Shown in pieces: positions 37,725 to 46,034 of a stretch of 64,000 nucleotides of DNA. Under the pieces are notes generated by a model. It did no database searches and had not been told where the DNA came from. It saw nothing but the letters and a program-made list of their open reading frames with translations. Numbering within the stretch: the stretch's first letter is position 1; each line of letters opens with the position of its first letter. Both the position numbers and the translations under genes were made by a program. The stretch is from assembly GCA_964639595.1 (NCBI GenBank), contig CAZXEC010000001.1, positions 254,498-318,497 of the forward strand, written 5' to 3'. This DNA is from an uncultured Gammaproteobacteria bacterium (GTDB lineage: Bacteria > Patescibacteriota > Microgenomatia > CAZXEC01).

Positions 37725-38714
37725 CTACTTATAAATATAAGGTGAAAAATCTCTTTTATTACCTAATAGATATGCAGAAATTTCCCTAGTCTGTGCAAGT
37801 ATGATATCTCTCAAAATTAATTTCTTACCTTTGTAAGTAAGTTTGGTATTTAGTCTGTTGATTACAGCTTGAATTAGTTTTCTTTTACCTTTTTGTGATA
37901 GTGTGAGATCACCGGTTTTATCAAAATCCTTACCATTAATCTGTTTCCTATTAAACAATGTGACTATCGCTCTGTCCGAAATAGCTACTCTAAATAACTC
38001 TGTGACGTCTAAGACCAGTGACGGTTTACCGTATCTATCTGTATGATAGAAGCCCAAGTATGGGTCAAGTCCAGCTATAATGCAGGCTCTCTCAACTTCA
38101 GAATAGAGCATGCCATATGCATAATTTAGGCAGACATTAAACATGTCTTCACCGTTTTTATTTCTTTTGGTAAATCCTGTTATAAGCCCCAGGCCCCTGA
38201 AGTATTTTGCTGCAGTTGCCCCCTCCACTCCTAAAAGTGTGCTTCTTAGTTTATCAATAGGATTACTAGTAATGAGCTTGCTTTTTGGGAATTTTGTTTT
38301 GCTTAACTGATTTAATTGTGTATTAGTTTTTCTGTCTTTTGACAGAGATTTCAAATAATTAATCTGACTTCTAATTTTGCCTTCAACGAATTTAACAATT
38401 AGATGCTTCCCCTTTTTTGATAAATATGCCTCAAGTTGTTTTCTACGAGTTAAGGTCGTTCCACCCATATATGGACTATACGTTCTGGCGAAGGGTTTCC
38501 CTTTCCAATCTAGATAAACAATATCAATATGCTTTTCAATGGCTAACTTTACAGCTTCTGTGGAGATACTGGCAGGGGCGGTAAATAACACTTGTCTGAT
38601 TGTATCAGCTGAATATTCACTTTTTTTACCTTTATTATTTACTATCAGCCTATTACCAGACTTAGTTAGGTAAGTTCCAACTTCTTCTATTGCAAGAACA
38701 GAGTTATTAATCAT
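37725..38714 (-). CDS. cas1: Cas1 integrase (329 aa)
   Basis: Typical Cas1 layout with a conserved acidic/His cluster (NYAYGMLYSEVERA ... GFYHTDRYGKPSLVLDVTELFR). It is the first gene of the minus-strand cas1-cas2-cas4-cas12 operon. Confidence 0.9.
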   Translation of the reverse strand: MINNSVLAIEEVGTYLTKSGNRLIVNNKGKKSEYSADTIRQVLFTAPASISTEAVKLAIEKHIDIVYLDWKGKPFARTYSPYMGGTTLTRRKQLEAYLSKKGKHLIVKFVEGKIRSQINYLKSLSKDRKTNTQLNQLSKTKFPKSKLITSNPIDKLRSTLLGVEGATAAKYFRGLGLITGFTKRNKNGEDMFNVCLNYAYGMLYSEVERACIIAGLDPYLGFYHTDRYGKPSLVLDVTELFRVAISDRAIVTLFNRKQINGKDFDKTGDLTLSQKGKRKLIQAVINRLNTKLTYKGKKLILRDIILAQTREISAYLLGNKRDFSPYIYK

Positions 38715-38722
38715 AGGTAGAT

Positions 38723-38751
38723 ATTATAGGACTAAGTGAGTAATATTTCAA
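38723..38751 (-). promoter_or_regulatory. Candidate sigma70 promoter for the cas operon (minus strand TTGAAA-17 nt-TATAAT); the -10 element ends 8 nt before the cas1 ATG, implying a leaderless or near-leaderless transcript
   Basis: The reverse complement of 38715-38751 reads TTGAAATATTACTCACTTAGTCCTATAATATCTACCT followed by ATG. Confidence 0.4.
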
Positions 38752-38764
38752 GCCTATACATGGT

Positions 38765-38779
38765 ACACCCTTGGGGTGT
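38765..38779. repeat. Palindrome ACACCC-TTG-GGGTGT, related to the 33716-33732 palindrome
   Basis: Read directly. It lies in the divergent intergenic region between cas1 and paralog 5. Confidence 0.3.
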
Positions 38780-38849
38780 GAAATTTGTGCAAAAGTTTAA
38801 GTTGGCAAAGCCGGGCAGTTTTAGCGAGAATTTGCTAGAATCTTAAGTA

Positions 38850-40556
38850 ATGGATAAAAAGGGGCTGGTAAACTGGCTGTTTGTGGCTGTGGTGGCACTG
38901 GCTGTGGTCTTGCGGTTGTATAACCTGACCCAATATCCGCCGGGGTTTACGGCTGATGAGGCGGCCATTGGCTATAATGCCTATTCGCTGCTGCAGACCG
39001 GCCGTGATGAATACGGCACGCCCTGGCCTCTGGTGTTCCGCTCCTTTGATGACTATAAACCCCCGTTATATTTCTATTTAGTGCTGCCGTTTATGGCCGT
39101 GTTGGGGCCAACCGAGCTGGCAGTGCGGCTGCCGTCGGCCTTGTTGGGGATTGGAACAGTTGTTTTGGTATATTTTCTGGCAAAGAGACTTGCTTACAGC
39201 CGACAGCAGATAGCCGACAGCTATATGCCACTGGCAGCCAGTTTCCTGCTGGCAATCAACCCCTGGCATCTGCACTATTCACGCGGCGGCTGGGAAGCCA
39301 ACGCCGGCACCTTCTTTTTGACCCTTGGCATATTTCTATTCGTCAAGTTTCTTGCAGATTCCCAATTAGCCACGCAAGGCGTCCCCTTGCGAAGCTATAG
39401 TAGCAGGGGGCCGTTATTGTTACTGATTGCTTCTGTCTTGTCTCTGATTGCCGCTTTCTACACTTATCACAGCATCAGGGTGGTGGCGCCGGTGCTGTTT
39501 GCCCTCTATGCAATACTTTTTTGGCGACAGCTCTGGCCGGCAAAAAAGGCGGTCATTTGGGCAGTGATGGCAGGAGGAGCGTTGCTTATTCCCCTGGCTC
39601 TGCAGTTTGTGTCAGGCAGTGGGGCAGCCCGCTTTGCCGGAGTGGGCATCTTTGCCGATAGCGGACCCTTTTGGCAGGTTAATCAGGCCCGGGGGGAACA
39701 TGCCAACCTAACAGGTATTGATGCCCGACTGTTCCATAATAAAGTAGCCGCCTACACCTTAAGTTTTGCCGGGCATTACCTGGATCATTTCACTGGCCAG
39801 TTCCTGTTTTTTGGCGGTGATGCCATTGGCCGCAATAACGTGCCGGAGATGGGCCAGCTGTATGTCTGGGAAATATTGACTTTAATAATTGGCTTGTGGC
39901 TGGCGGCCAGACAAGGTGGGCTACCAGCTAAAATAGTTTTGCCCTGGCTGCTTATTGCCCCGCTGGCAGCCTCACTGACCTTCCAGACGCCCCATGCTCT
40001 GCGGGCTGCCAACATGGCCGTGCCCCTGGCAATAATCTCCGGCTATGGCCTGTCTGTCCTCTTGGCCTGGATTTGGCAAATTCGCCGGGCAGCTGCGCGC
40101 TATTTGTTACTGCTGCTTACTGCCAGCTGTCTGCTGTTGGCTTTTGTTAAGTATCTGCACCAGTATTATGTCCATATTTCCCAGGAGCGGGCCCTGGAAT
40201 GGCAGTATGGTTTTGACCAATTGGTGCCGTTTGTGCTTGCCAAGCAAGATCAGTATAATAAGGTGGTCATAACCGATCGGTACGACCAGCCCTACATTCT
40301 CATGTTATTCTATTCAAAGTACGATCCCGCCCAATACCAACCCCAGGCCCAACTCTCCAGCCGCGACCGGTTTGGTTTTGGCACGGTGCGGGCTTTTGAC
40401 AAATATGAATTTAGACACATCACTCCCGATGAAGTAGAAAAGGCCACAAATACCCTGTTTGTCTTATCCGGTGATGAAGTTTATGAAGGAGTTAGTGTGC
40501 AAAAGACCATTGCCTTCCCCAATGGGAAGGTGGCTTTTGCCATGGTGGAAAAATGA
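38850..40556 (+). CDS. PMT/ArnT-like membrane glycosyltransferase, paralog 5
   Basis: DEAAIGYNAYSLL and INPWHLH motifs. It shares an identical 24-nt stretch (GGCATATTTCTATTCGTCAAGTTT) with paralog 4 (32018 vs 39320). Confidence 0.7.
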   Translation: MDKKGLVNWLFVAVVALAVVLRLYNLTQYPPGFTADEAAIGYNAYSLLQTGRDEYGTPWPLVFRSFDDYKPPLYFYLVLPFMAVLGPTELAVRLPSALLGIGTVVLVYFLAKRLAYSRQQIADSYMPLAASFLLAINPWHLHYSRGGWEANAGTFFLTLGIFLFVKFLADSQLATQGVPLRSYSSRGPLLLLIASVLSLIAAFYTYHSIRVVAPVLFALYAILFWRQLWPAKKAVIWAVMAGGALLIPLALQFVSGSGAARFAGVGIFADSGPFWQVNQARGEHANLTGIDARLFHNKVAAYTLSFAGHYLDHFTGQFLFFGGDAIGRNNVPEMGQLYVWEILTLIIGLWLAARQGGLPAKIVLPWLLIAPLAASLTFQTPHALRAANMAVPLAIISGYGLSVLLAWIWQIRRAAARYLLLLLTASCLLLAFVKYLHQYYVHISQERALEWQYGFDQLVPFVLAKQDQYNKVVITDRYDQPYILMLFYSKYDPAQYQPQAQLSSRDRFGFGTVRAFDKYEFRHITPDEVEKATNTLFVLSGDEVYEGVSVQKTIAFPNGKVAFAMVEK

Positions 40557-41353
40557 ACAGAGTTTCTGTGGCCATTGCCACTTTTAACGAAGAGAAAAAT
40601 ATTGTGGACTGTCTGGAGTCGGTCCGCCAGCTGGCGGATGAAATTGTTGTGGTGGACGGATCATCATCTGATCAGACAGTGGAGTTGGCGCGGCGCTTTA
40701 CCGATAAAATAATTATCAAAGACAACCCCCAGATGTTTCACATCAACAAAAATGCGGCCATTGATTACTGTAGCGGCGATTGGATTTTACAGCTGGATGC
40801 AGACGAACGGGTCAGCGCAGCCCTAGCGGCAGAAATTAAAAAAATTGCCCAAGAAGGGTCTGTATACGATGGATTTTGGATTAAGCGCAGAAACTTTTTT
40901 TTGGGTCGATGGATGAGAAAGACCGGCATGTATCCGGACCCGGTGATTAGGCTTTTCAAAAACGGCACAGGCAGACTGCCGGAAAAAAGTGTCCATGAAC
41001 AAATAGAAATTGCCGGCAAAGTCAGCGCTCTTACCAATGATTTGATTCATTTGGCAGATCCCAATTTTTCCCGCTACCTGTTGCGCTCCAACCGATATAC
41101 CACGCTGACTGCCCGGGAATTTTTACAGCAGGAGGTGGGAACAGGAGTCTGGCCGATTATCAAATACCTGTTTTTCTTGCCAGCGGCGCGGTTTTTACAG
41201 CTGTATGTCAGACACAAAGGTTTTGCCGACGGTTTTGCCGGTTTGGTGTTCTCATTTTTTTCCGGACTGCATATCGCAACTGCATATATTAAGTATTGGG
41301 AGGCAAAACATGAAGGTGGCGCTGGACACATCTCCCTTGACGAGTGGGCATAG
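40553..41353 (+). CDS. GT2 glycosyltransferase (WaaE/KdtX-like)
   Basis: VSVAIATFNEEKNI ... EIVVVDGSSSDQT and LQLDADER. Confidence 0.8.
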   Translation: MNRVSVAIATFNEEKNIVDCLESVRQLADEIVVVDGSSSDQTVELARRFTDKIIIKDNPQMFHINKNAAIDYCSGDWILQLDADERVSAALAAEIKKIAQEGSVYDGFWIKRRNFFLGRWMRKTGMYPDPVIRLFKNGTGRLPEKSVHEQIEIAGKVSALTNDLIHLADPNFSRYLLRSNRYTTLTAREFLQQEVGTGVWPIIKYLFFLPAARFLQLYVRHKGFADGFAGLVFSFFSGLHIATAYIKYWEAKHEGGAGHISLDEWA

Positions 41354-42338
41354 GGTCAGAGGAATTGGCACCTATACTAAAAATTTAGCCCAAGCCCTAG
41401 TCAAAATTGCTGGTCTGGAACTGGTGACTTTTCAGGGAGGGAAAATTCCCGATTGTGATATAGTGCATTATCCTTACTTTGATTTATTTTTCCAAAGCTT
41501 ACCAATTTTCAAAAATAAACCGACCGTGGTCACAATCCATGATGTGGTGCCCTTGCGCTTTCCCCAACATTTTCCATCAGGCATCAGAGGACAACTTAAA
41601 TTTTTGCTGCAAAAGTTATCCTTGCAGTCAGCGCGGGCTGTTGTGACCGATTCTGACGCGTCCAAGAGTGATATTGTTAAATTTTTGAAAGTTGCCCCGC
41701 AGAAAATTTTTTCCATCCATCTGGCGCCTTCACCAATTTTTAGCAGAATTTCCGATCAGTCACAACTTGACGCGGCCAGACAAAAATATCAATTGCCGGC
41801 TAGTTATATTTTATACGTGGGTGATGTGTCATATAATAAAAATTTACCACGACTGCTGGAGGCAATTGCCGACCTTGATGTTAACCTGGTGATGGTGGGG
41901 CAGGCTGTGGCGGATGAGACAGTGGCGGAAACTAAAGAGCTGATGACAAAAATTAACCAGCTGGGTCTTAAAGAGAGAGTTTGGCGCTTGGGTTTTGTGG
42001 CAGATGAAGATTTGGTCGCGATTTATAATTTAGCCGGCTGTCTGGTACTACCATCTTTGGCAGAAGGGTTTGGACTGCCGGTTTTGGAGGCGATGGCAAC
42101 AGGTTGTCCGGTGGTGACATCTAATATTTCTTCTATGGCAGAGATTGCGGGGGCGGCGGCAATTTTAGTGGATCCAAACGATACAAAAAATATTAGCTGG
42201 GGAATTAGGGAAGTATTAGATAGGGATAAGGGAGAAGCGTTAAGGGAAAAGGGAGCAGAGCAAGTCAAAAAATTTTCCTGGGACAAAACTGCTCAAGCAA
42301 CTGTCAAAGTCTACCGCCAGGTTTTAGGCCATGAATAA
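41205..42338 (+). CDS. GT4 (group 1) glycosyltransferase
   Basis: EGFGLPVLEAMATGCPVV motif. The probable true start is the ATG at 41310 (MKVALDTSPL), which is preceded by GGGAGG. Confidence 0.8.
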   Translation: MSDTKVLPTVLPVWCSHFFPDCISQLHILSIGRQNMKVALDTSPLTSGHRVRGIGTYTKNLAQALVKIAGLELVTFQGGKIPDCDIVHYPYFDLFFQSLPIFKNKPTVVTIHDVVPLRFPQHFPSGIRGQLKFLLQKLSLQSARAVVTDSDASKSDIVKFLKVAPQKIFSIHLAPSPIFSRISDQSQLDAARQKYQLPASYILYVGDVSYNKNLPRLLEAIADLDVNLVMVGQAVADETVAETKELMTKINQLGLKERVWRLGFVADEDLVAIYNLAGCLVLPSLAEGFGLPVLEAMATGCPVVTSNISSMAEIAGAAAILVDPNDTKNISWGIREVLDRDKGEALREKGAEQVKKFSWDKTAQATVKVYRQVLGHE

Positions 42339-43446
42339 TTTTATCATCAAATCATTTTTTGCCTGGAGAATTGCCCTATTTATTTTAGGAATAGCGGCTT
42401 TTTACTTAATTAAATTTTCCTGGAGCTTTCCTTATGTGGAGGCCAGGCTAATCTCCACCGGTTATCCGGAATGGTTGTGGAATTGGGGCAACTTTGACGG
42501 AGTCCACTATCTGTCAATTGTTCAAGAAGGCTATCGGCAATTTCAACAGGCTTTTTTCCCGCTGTATCCGGGACTGATTTGGCTGGCTGGCAAGATGCTG
42601 GCAGAAAATTATTTCCTATCCGGCTTAATTGTGTCTAACGGGGCATATTTGGCGGGACTGTTTATTTTTTATAAACTACTCAAGCTTGATTTTTCCGATG
42701 ACCTGGCCAAAAAAACAGTCATTCTCCTGTTGTGTCTGCCGTTTGCCTTTTTCTTCGGCGCCATCTACACCGAAGGGTTATTTTTCGCCGAAATTGTAGC
42801 CTGCTTTTTTCTGGCTCGTAACAACCACTGGTGGTGGGCAGGACTGGTGGGGGGACTAGCGGTATCTACCCGCTTTGTGGGAATTTTTCTGCTACCGGCT
42901 TTGTTTATTTTTTGGTACATAAGAAGCGAGAGGCAACTATCAGAACTGTTACCATTATTATTAATTCCCGCCGCCTTGGTTTTCTACATGATTTACCTGC
43001 AGATAAATTATGGCGACCCTCTGTATTTTTTGCATGCCCAGACATTTTTTGGAGCCCAGAGGAGCGGTGAGAAAATCATCCTGTTGCCGCAGGTACTGTG
43101 GCGGTATGGCAAAATTTTGACCAGCGTTTCTGTCCAAACCCTAACATTTTGGAATGCTGTTGTCGAACTGGTAGTGACTTTTGCGGTATTGGCCTTGATT
43201 ATCAAATCTATTAAAAAATTACCGGTTTATTATGTATTATTTGCCTTCTTGTGCTGGTTGACCCCCACTTTTACCGGATCATTATCATCGATGACCCGTT
43301 ATGTCCTGCCGATTTTCCCGGTTTGGATGATGCTGGCAATGCTTATTGGCAATAGACAAAAGTTGTTTTATGGCGTTATAGTAGTGTTTGTTATTATGCA
43401 GGCATTTTTCGCCTCTCTATTTTTGAGAGGCTATTTTGTGGGCTAA
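42331..43446 (+). CDS. Polytopic membrane protein, PIG-V/GPI-mannosyltransferase-2-like GT-C enzyme
   Basis: NFDGVHYLSIVQEGY ... AFFPLYPGLIW motif typical of the Mannosyl_trans2-type family. Confidence 0.5.
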   Translation: MNNFIIKSFFAWRIALFILGIAAFYLIKFSWSFPYVEARLISTGYPEWLWNWGNFDGVHYLSIVQEGYRQFQQAFFPLYPGLIWLAGKMLAENYFLSGLIVSNGAYLAGLFIFYKLLKLDFSDDLAKKTVILLLCLPFAFFFGAIYTEGLFFAEIVACFFLARNNHWWWAGLVGGLAVSTRFVGIFLLPALFIFWYIRSERQLSELLPLLLIPAALVFYMIYLQINYGDPLYFLHAQTFFGAQRSGEKIILLPQVLWRYGKILTSVSVQTLTFWNAVVELVVTFAVLALIIKSIKKLPVYYVLFAFLCWLTPTFTGSLSSMTRYVLPIFPVWMMLAMLIGNRQKLFYGVIVVFVIMQAFFASLFLRGYFVG

Positions 43447-43469
43447 TTCTCAAGTTTGAGAATTAGCCC
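43440..43469 (+). terminator. Perfect 14-bp-stem hairpin GGGCTAATTCTCAA-GT-TTGAGAATTAGCCC overlapping the stop codon, followed by a second palindrome CGGCGC-TGATG-GCGCCG (43474-43490) and a third GGGCTAATT copy just before the next ATG
   Basis: Read directly. There is no U-tract after the hairpin, so it may be an attenuator or protein-binding element rather than a classic intrinsic terminator. Confidence 0.4.
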
Positions 43470-43505
43470 TGAGCGGCGCTGATGGCGCCGTCGAAGGGCT
43501 AATTT

Positions 43506-44768
43506 ATGCAGAGAGCTCAAGCAATTCTTTCAGATAAATTTATCTCCGGCAATTTTTTGATGTTTTTCGGAGCCATGTTTTTAAACGCCGGCGGCTACAT
43601 CTATCATTTTTTAATGATCCGTTTTTTAGGACCGCAGGATTATGGAGCACTGGCTGCCCTGTTTTCTATCCTGTATATTTTGATTGCCCCGGCCATGGTA
43701 TTAAACGCGGTGGTAGTGCGCTTTGTGGCTCAGGCTTTTGGCCGGGATGATATAGATTTTATTGCCTCGTTTTTTAGCCAGTTAACCAGGTATATCTTTT
43801 TAATCGGCGGCACCATCACTCTTGTTTTTATCGCTGCTTCGGCGCAGATTGGGCATTTTTTGAATATTGCCAACACCGGCTCGGTGATGATTGTGGGAGC
43901 TACCTCGCTATTTTTGTTTGCCACCATGTTTAACCGGAGTATTTTTCAGGGTCTGACCAGATTTGGAATCTTTACACTTAGCGGTATTATGGAAACGGTT
44001 TTGAAAGTGGTACTGGCTTTAACTTTTGTAGCAATTGGTTTTTCGGTATTTGGAGCCATTGGCGGAATTTTGATTGCCGATGCGGCAGTTTTTATCACCA
44101 CTTTTGTGCTACTCAAAATACACTTTGCCCAAAACAACACCCAGTTAAAACTTCCCTTCGGCGAAATCATCCGCTTTACCATTCCGGTATTTTTTAGTTT
44201 GGTGGCGATGACCAGTTTTTATAGCACTGATATTATTTTGGTCAAACACTTTTTCTCGCCGCTGGAGGCTGGTTATTATGCTTTTTTGGCTCTGGCCGGA
44301 AAAATTATTTTCTTTGTGTCATCTTCAGTGGTAATGGTGATGTTTCCGATGGTAGCCCAAAAGAAAGAACGAGGAGAAAAATATACCAAATATTTCCTCT
44401 TAACCTTGCTGTCGATTTTGGTTATTTCCGGCTCGGCCATTTTGATTTATTTCTTCTTTCCCGAGTTGATAGTATTTTTATTCCAAAGAAGCGAATATCT
44501 GGCGGTTGCCCCCCTGTTGGGTATTTTTGGAGTGTTTATTTTGCTGTTTGCCCTATGTTGGGCTGCTGTTAATTTCTTCCTGTCCATTGGTCTGGTCAAA
44601 ATCTCAATTTTGCCGATCATCTTTGCGGTTTTGCAGGTTATAGGTATTTGGTTTTTCCATGGTTCACTACTGGAAGTGATTAAAGTTTCCATCATCAGCC
44701 TTTCTTTACTTCTTTCGTGCCTGTTGTTATACTTTGCCCATGCCAAAACCTACAACAAAATCCACTAG
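43506..44768 (+). CDS. Wzx-like/MOP-family flippase (polysaccharide biosynthesis protein)
   Basis: 420 aa and about 12-14 TM helices. Confidence 0.6.
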   Translation: MQRAQAILSDKFISGNFLMFFGAMFLNAGGYIYHFLMIRFLGPQDYGALAALFSILYILIAPAMVLNAVVVRFVAQAFGRDDIDFIASFFSQLTRYIFLIGGTITLVFIAASAQIGHFLNIANTGSVMIVGATSLFLFATMFNRSIFQGLTRFGIFTLSGIMETVLKVVLALTFVAIGFSVFGAIGGILIADAAVFITTFVLLKIHFAQNNTQLKLPFGEIIRFTIPVFFSLVAMTSFYSTDIILVKHFFSPLEAGYYAFLALAGKIIFFVSSSVVMVMFPMVAQKKERGEKYTKYFLLTLLSILVISGSAILIYFFFPELIVFLFQRSEYLAVAPLLGIFGVFILLFALCWAAVNFFLSIGLVKISILPIIFAVLQVIGIWFFHGSLLEVIKVSIISLSLLLSCLLLYFAHAKTYNKIH

Positions 44769-45555
44769 AAGACTTTTGCTATCTGTGGTTATTCCGGCTT
44801 ATCGTCAAGAACGCACTATTACAGCTGACGTAAGGCGAATCTTGCAGACTTTAGAGGAGGGCTTATTCCAATATGATTACGAGATTATTGTGGTGGTGGA
44901 TGGCCAGGCGGACAAAACTCTAGAGCACGCCAAAAAAGTTAAATCCGCCAAAATTAAGGTGATTGGCTATGATAAAAACCACGGTAAGGGTTATGCGGTG
45001 CGTTATGGTATGGCCAGAGCCAAGGGGGATCTGGTGGCTTTTATTGACGCCGGGCAGGACATCTCTCCCAAGGGGATTATGATGCTGTTGGCTCATATGG
45101 AATGGTATGATGCCGATATTATTGTAGGGTCAAAACGCCACCCAGTATCGCAAGTGAACTATCCTCTCAGACGCAAGATGATCAGTTTTCTGTCCCAGGT
45201 GTTGATAAAAGCGCTGTTTAATCTTAATGTCCGTGATACCCAAAGCGGCCTGAAAATTTTCAAAAGGAAGGTGTTGGAGGACGTACTGCCAAGACTGTTG
45301 GTTAAAAAATATGCCATGGATATTGAAATTTTAGCAGTGGCCAAGTCTTTGGGTTACCGGCGCATTTATGAAGCCCCCATTGAAGTGCACTTTGACCGGG
45401 CTACCAGTTCAGTTGGTTTGCAAACAATCTTCTATACTTTAATTGATACGCTGGCTATCTTTTACAGACTGATGATTTTGCGCTACTATTCAAATAGTAA
45501 TAAAAGAAAGTGGATCTACGATCCTGATTTAAATTTTAGAATTAATGTTGGATAA
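44734..45555 (+). CDS. GT2 glycosyltransferase (Dpm1-like)
   Basis: LSVVIPAYRQER ... IIVVVDGQADKT and FIDAGQD. Confidence 0.8.
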   Translation: MPMPKPTTKSTRRLLLSVVIPAYRQERTITADVRRILQTLEEGLFQYDYEIIVVVDGQADKTLEHAKKVKSAKIKVIGYDKNHGKGYAVRYGMARAKGDLVAFIDAGQDISPKGIMMLLAHMEWYDADIIVGSKRHPVSQVNYPLRRKMISFLSQVLIKALFNLNVRDTQSGLKIFKRKVLEDVLPRLLVKKYAMDIEILAVAKSLGYRRIYEAPIEVHFDRATSSVGLQTIFYTLIDTLAIFYRLMILRYYSNSNKRKWIYDPDLNFRINVG

Positions 45556-45560
45556 TACCC

Positions 45561-46034
45561 ATGCTGCCTGAAGTTAATTTTTTCGGCATTACAACTGGTT
45601 TGATATTCCATCTGACAGCTCATTATTTATTAGCTGTCTCGATCGCCATTTTTTTCTGGATTGCCACCCGCCGTTTTTGGGCTTCAGTGCTGGTTGTGTT
45701 AGTGGGGGTGTTTATTGATTTGGACCACCTCTTTGATTATTTTTATGCCTATGGGTGGTCCTGGTCTCCTGGATTATTTTTTAAACATGCCTTTACAGCA
45801 GTTTCCGGAAAAGCTTTTCTGCCTCTTCATGGATGGGATTTGGTTGCCATACTGCTGGTGATTGGTTGGAAATCGAAAAATATTATAGTCAGCGCAGTGG
45901 CGGTGGGCATGTTTGCCCATTTGATGATGGATCAATATTTAGTTGCCAATCACCCCTTTGCCTACTTTTTATTTTATCGCCTCATTAACAACTTCTCGGT
46001 TGATGCGTTTAGCATGCCAGGCTGGCCATTATGA
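45561..46034 (+). CDS. Small 4-TM membrane protein (DUF457/YdjM-like membrane hydrolase fold?)
   Basis: 157 aa and hydrophobic, with conserved His/Asp residues (LDHLFDYF ... HLMMDQ). Confidence 0.35.
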   Translation: MLPEVNFFGITTGLIFHLTAHYLLAVSIAIFFWIATRRFWASVLVVLVGVFIDLDHLFDYFYAYGWSWSPGLFFKHAFTAVSGKAFLPLHGWDLVAILLVIGWKSKNIIVSAVAVGMFAHLMMDQYLVANHPFAYFLFYRLINNFSVDAFSMPGWPL

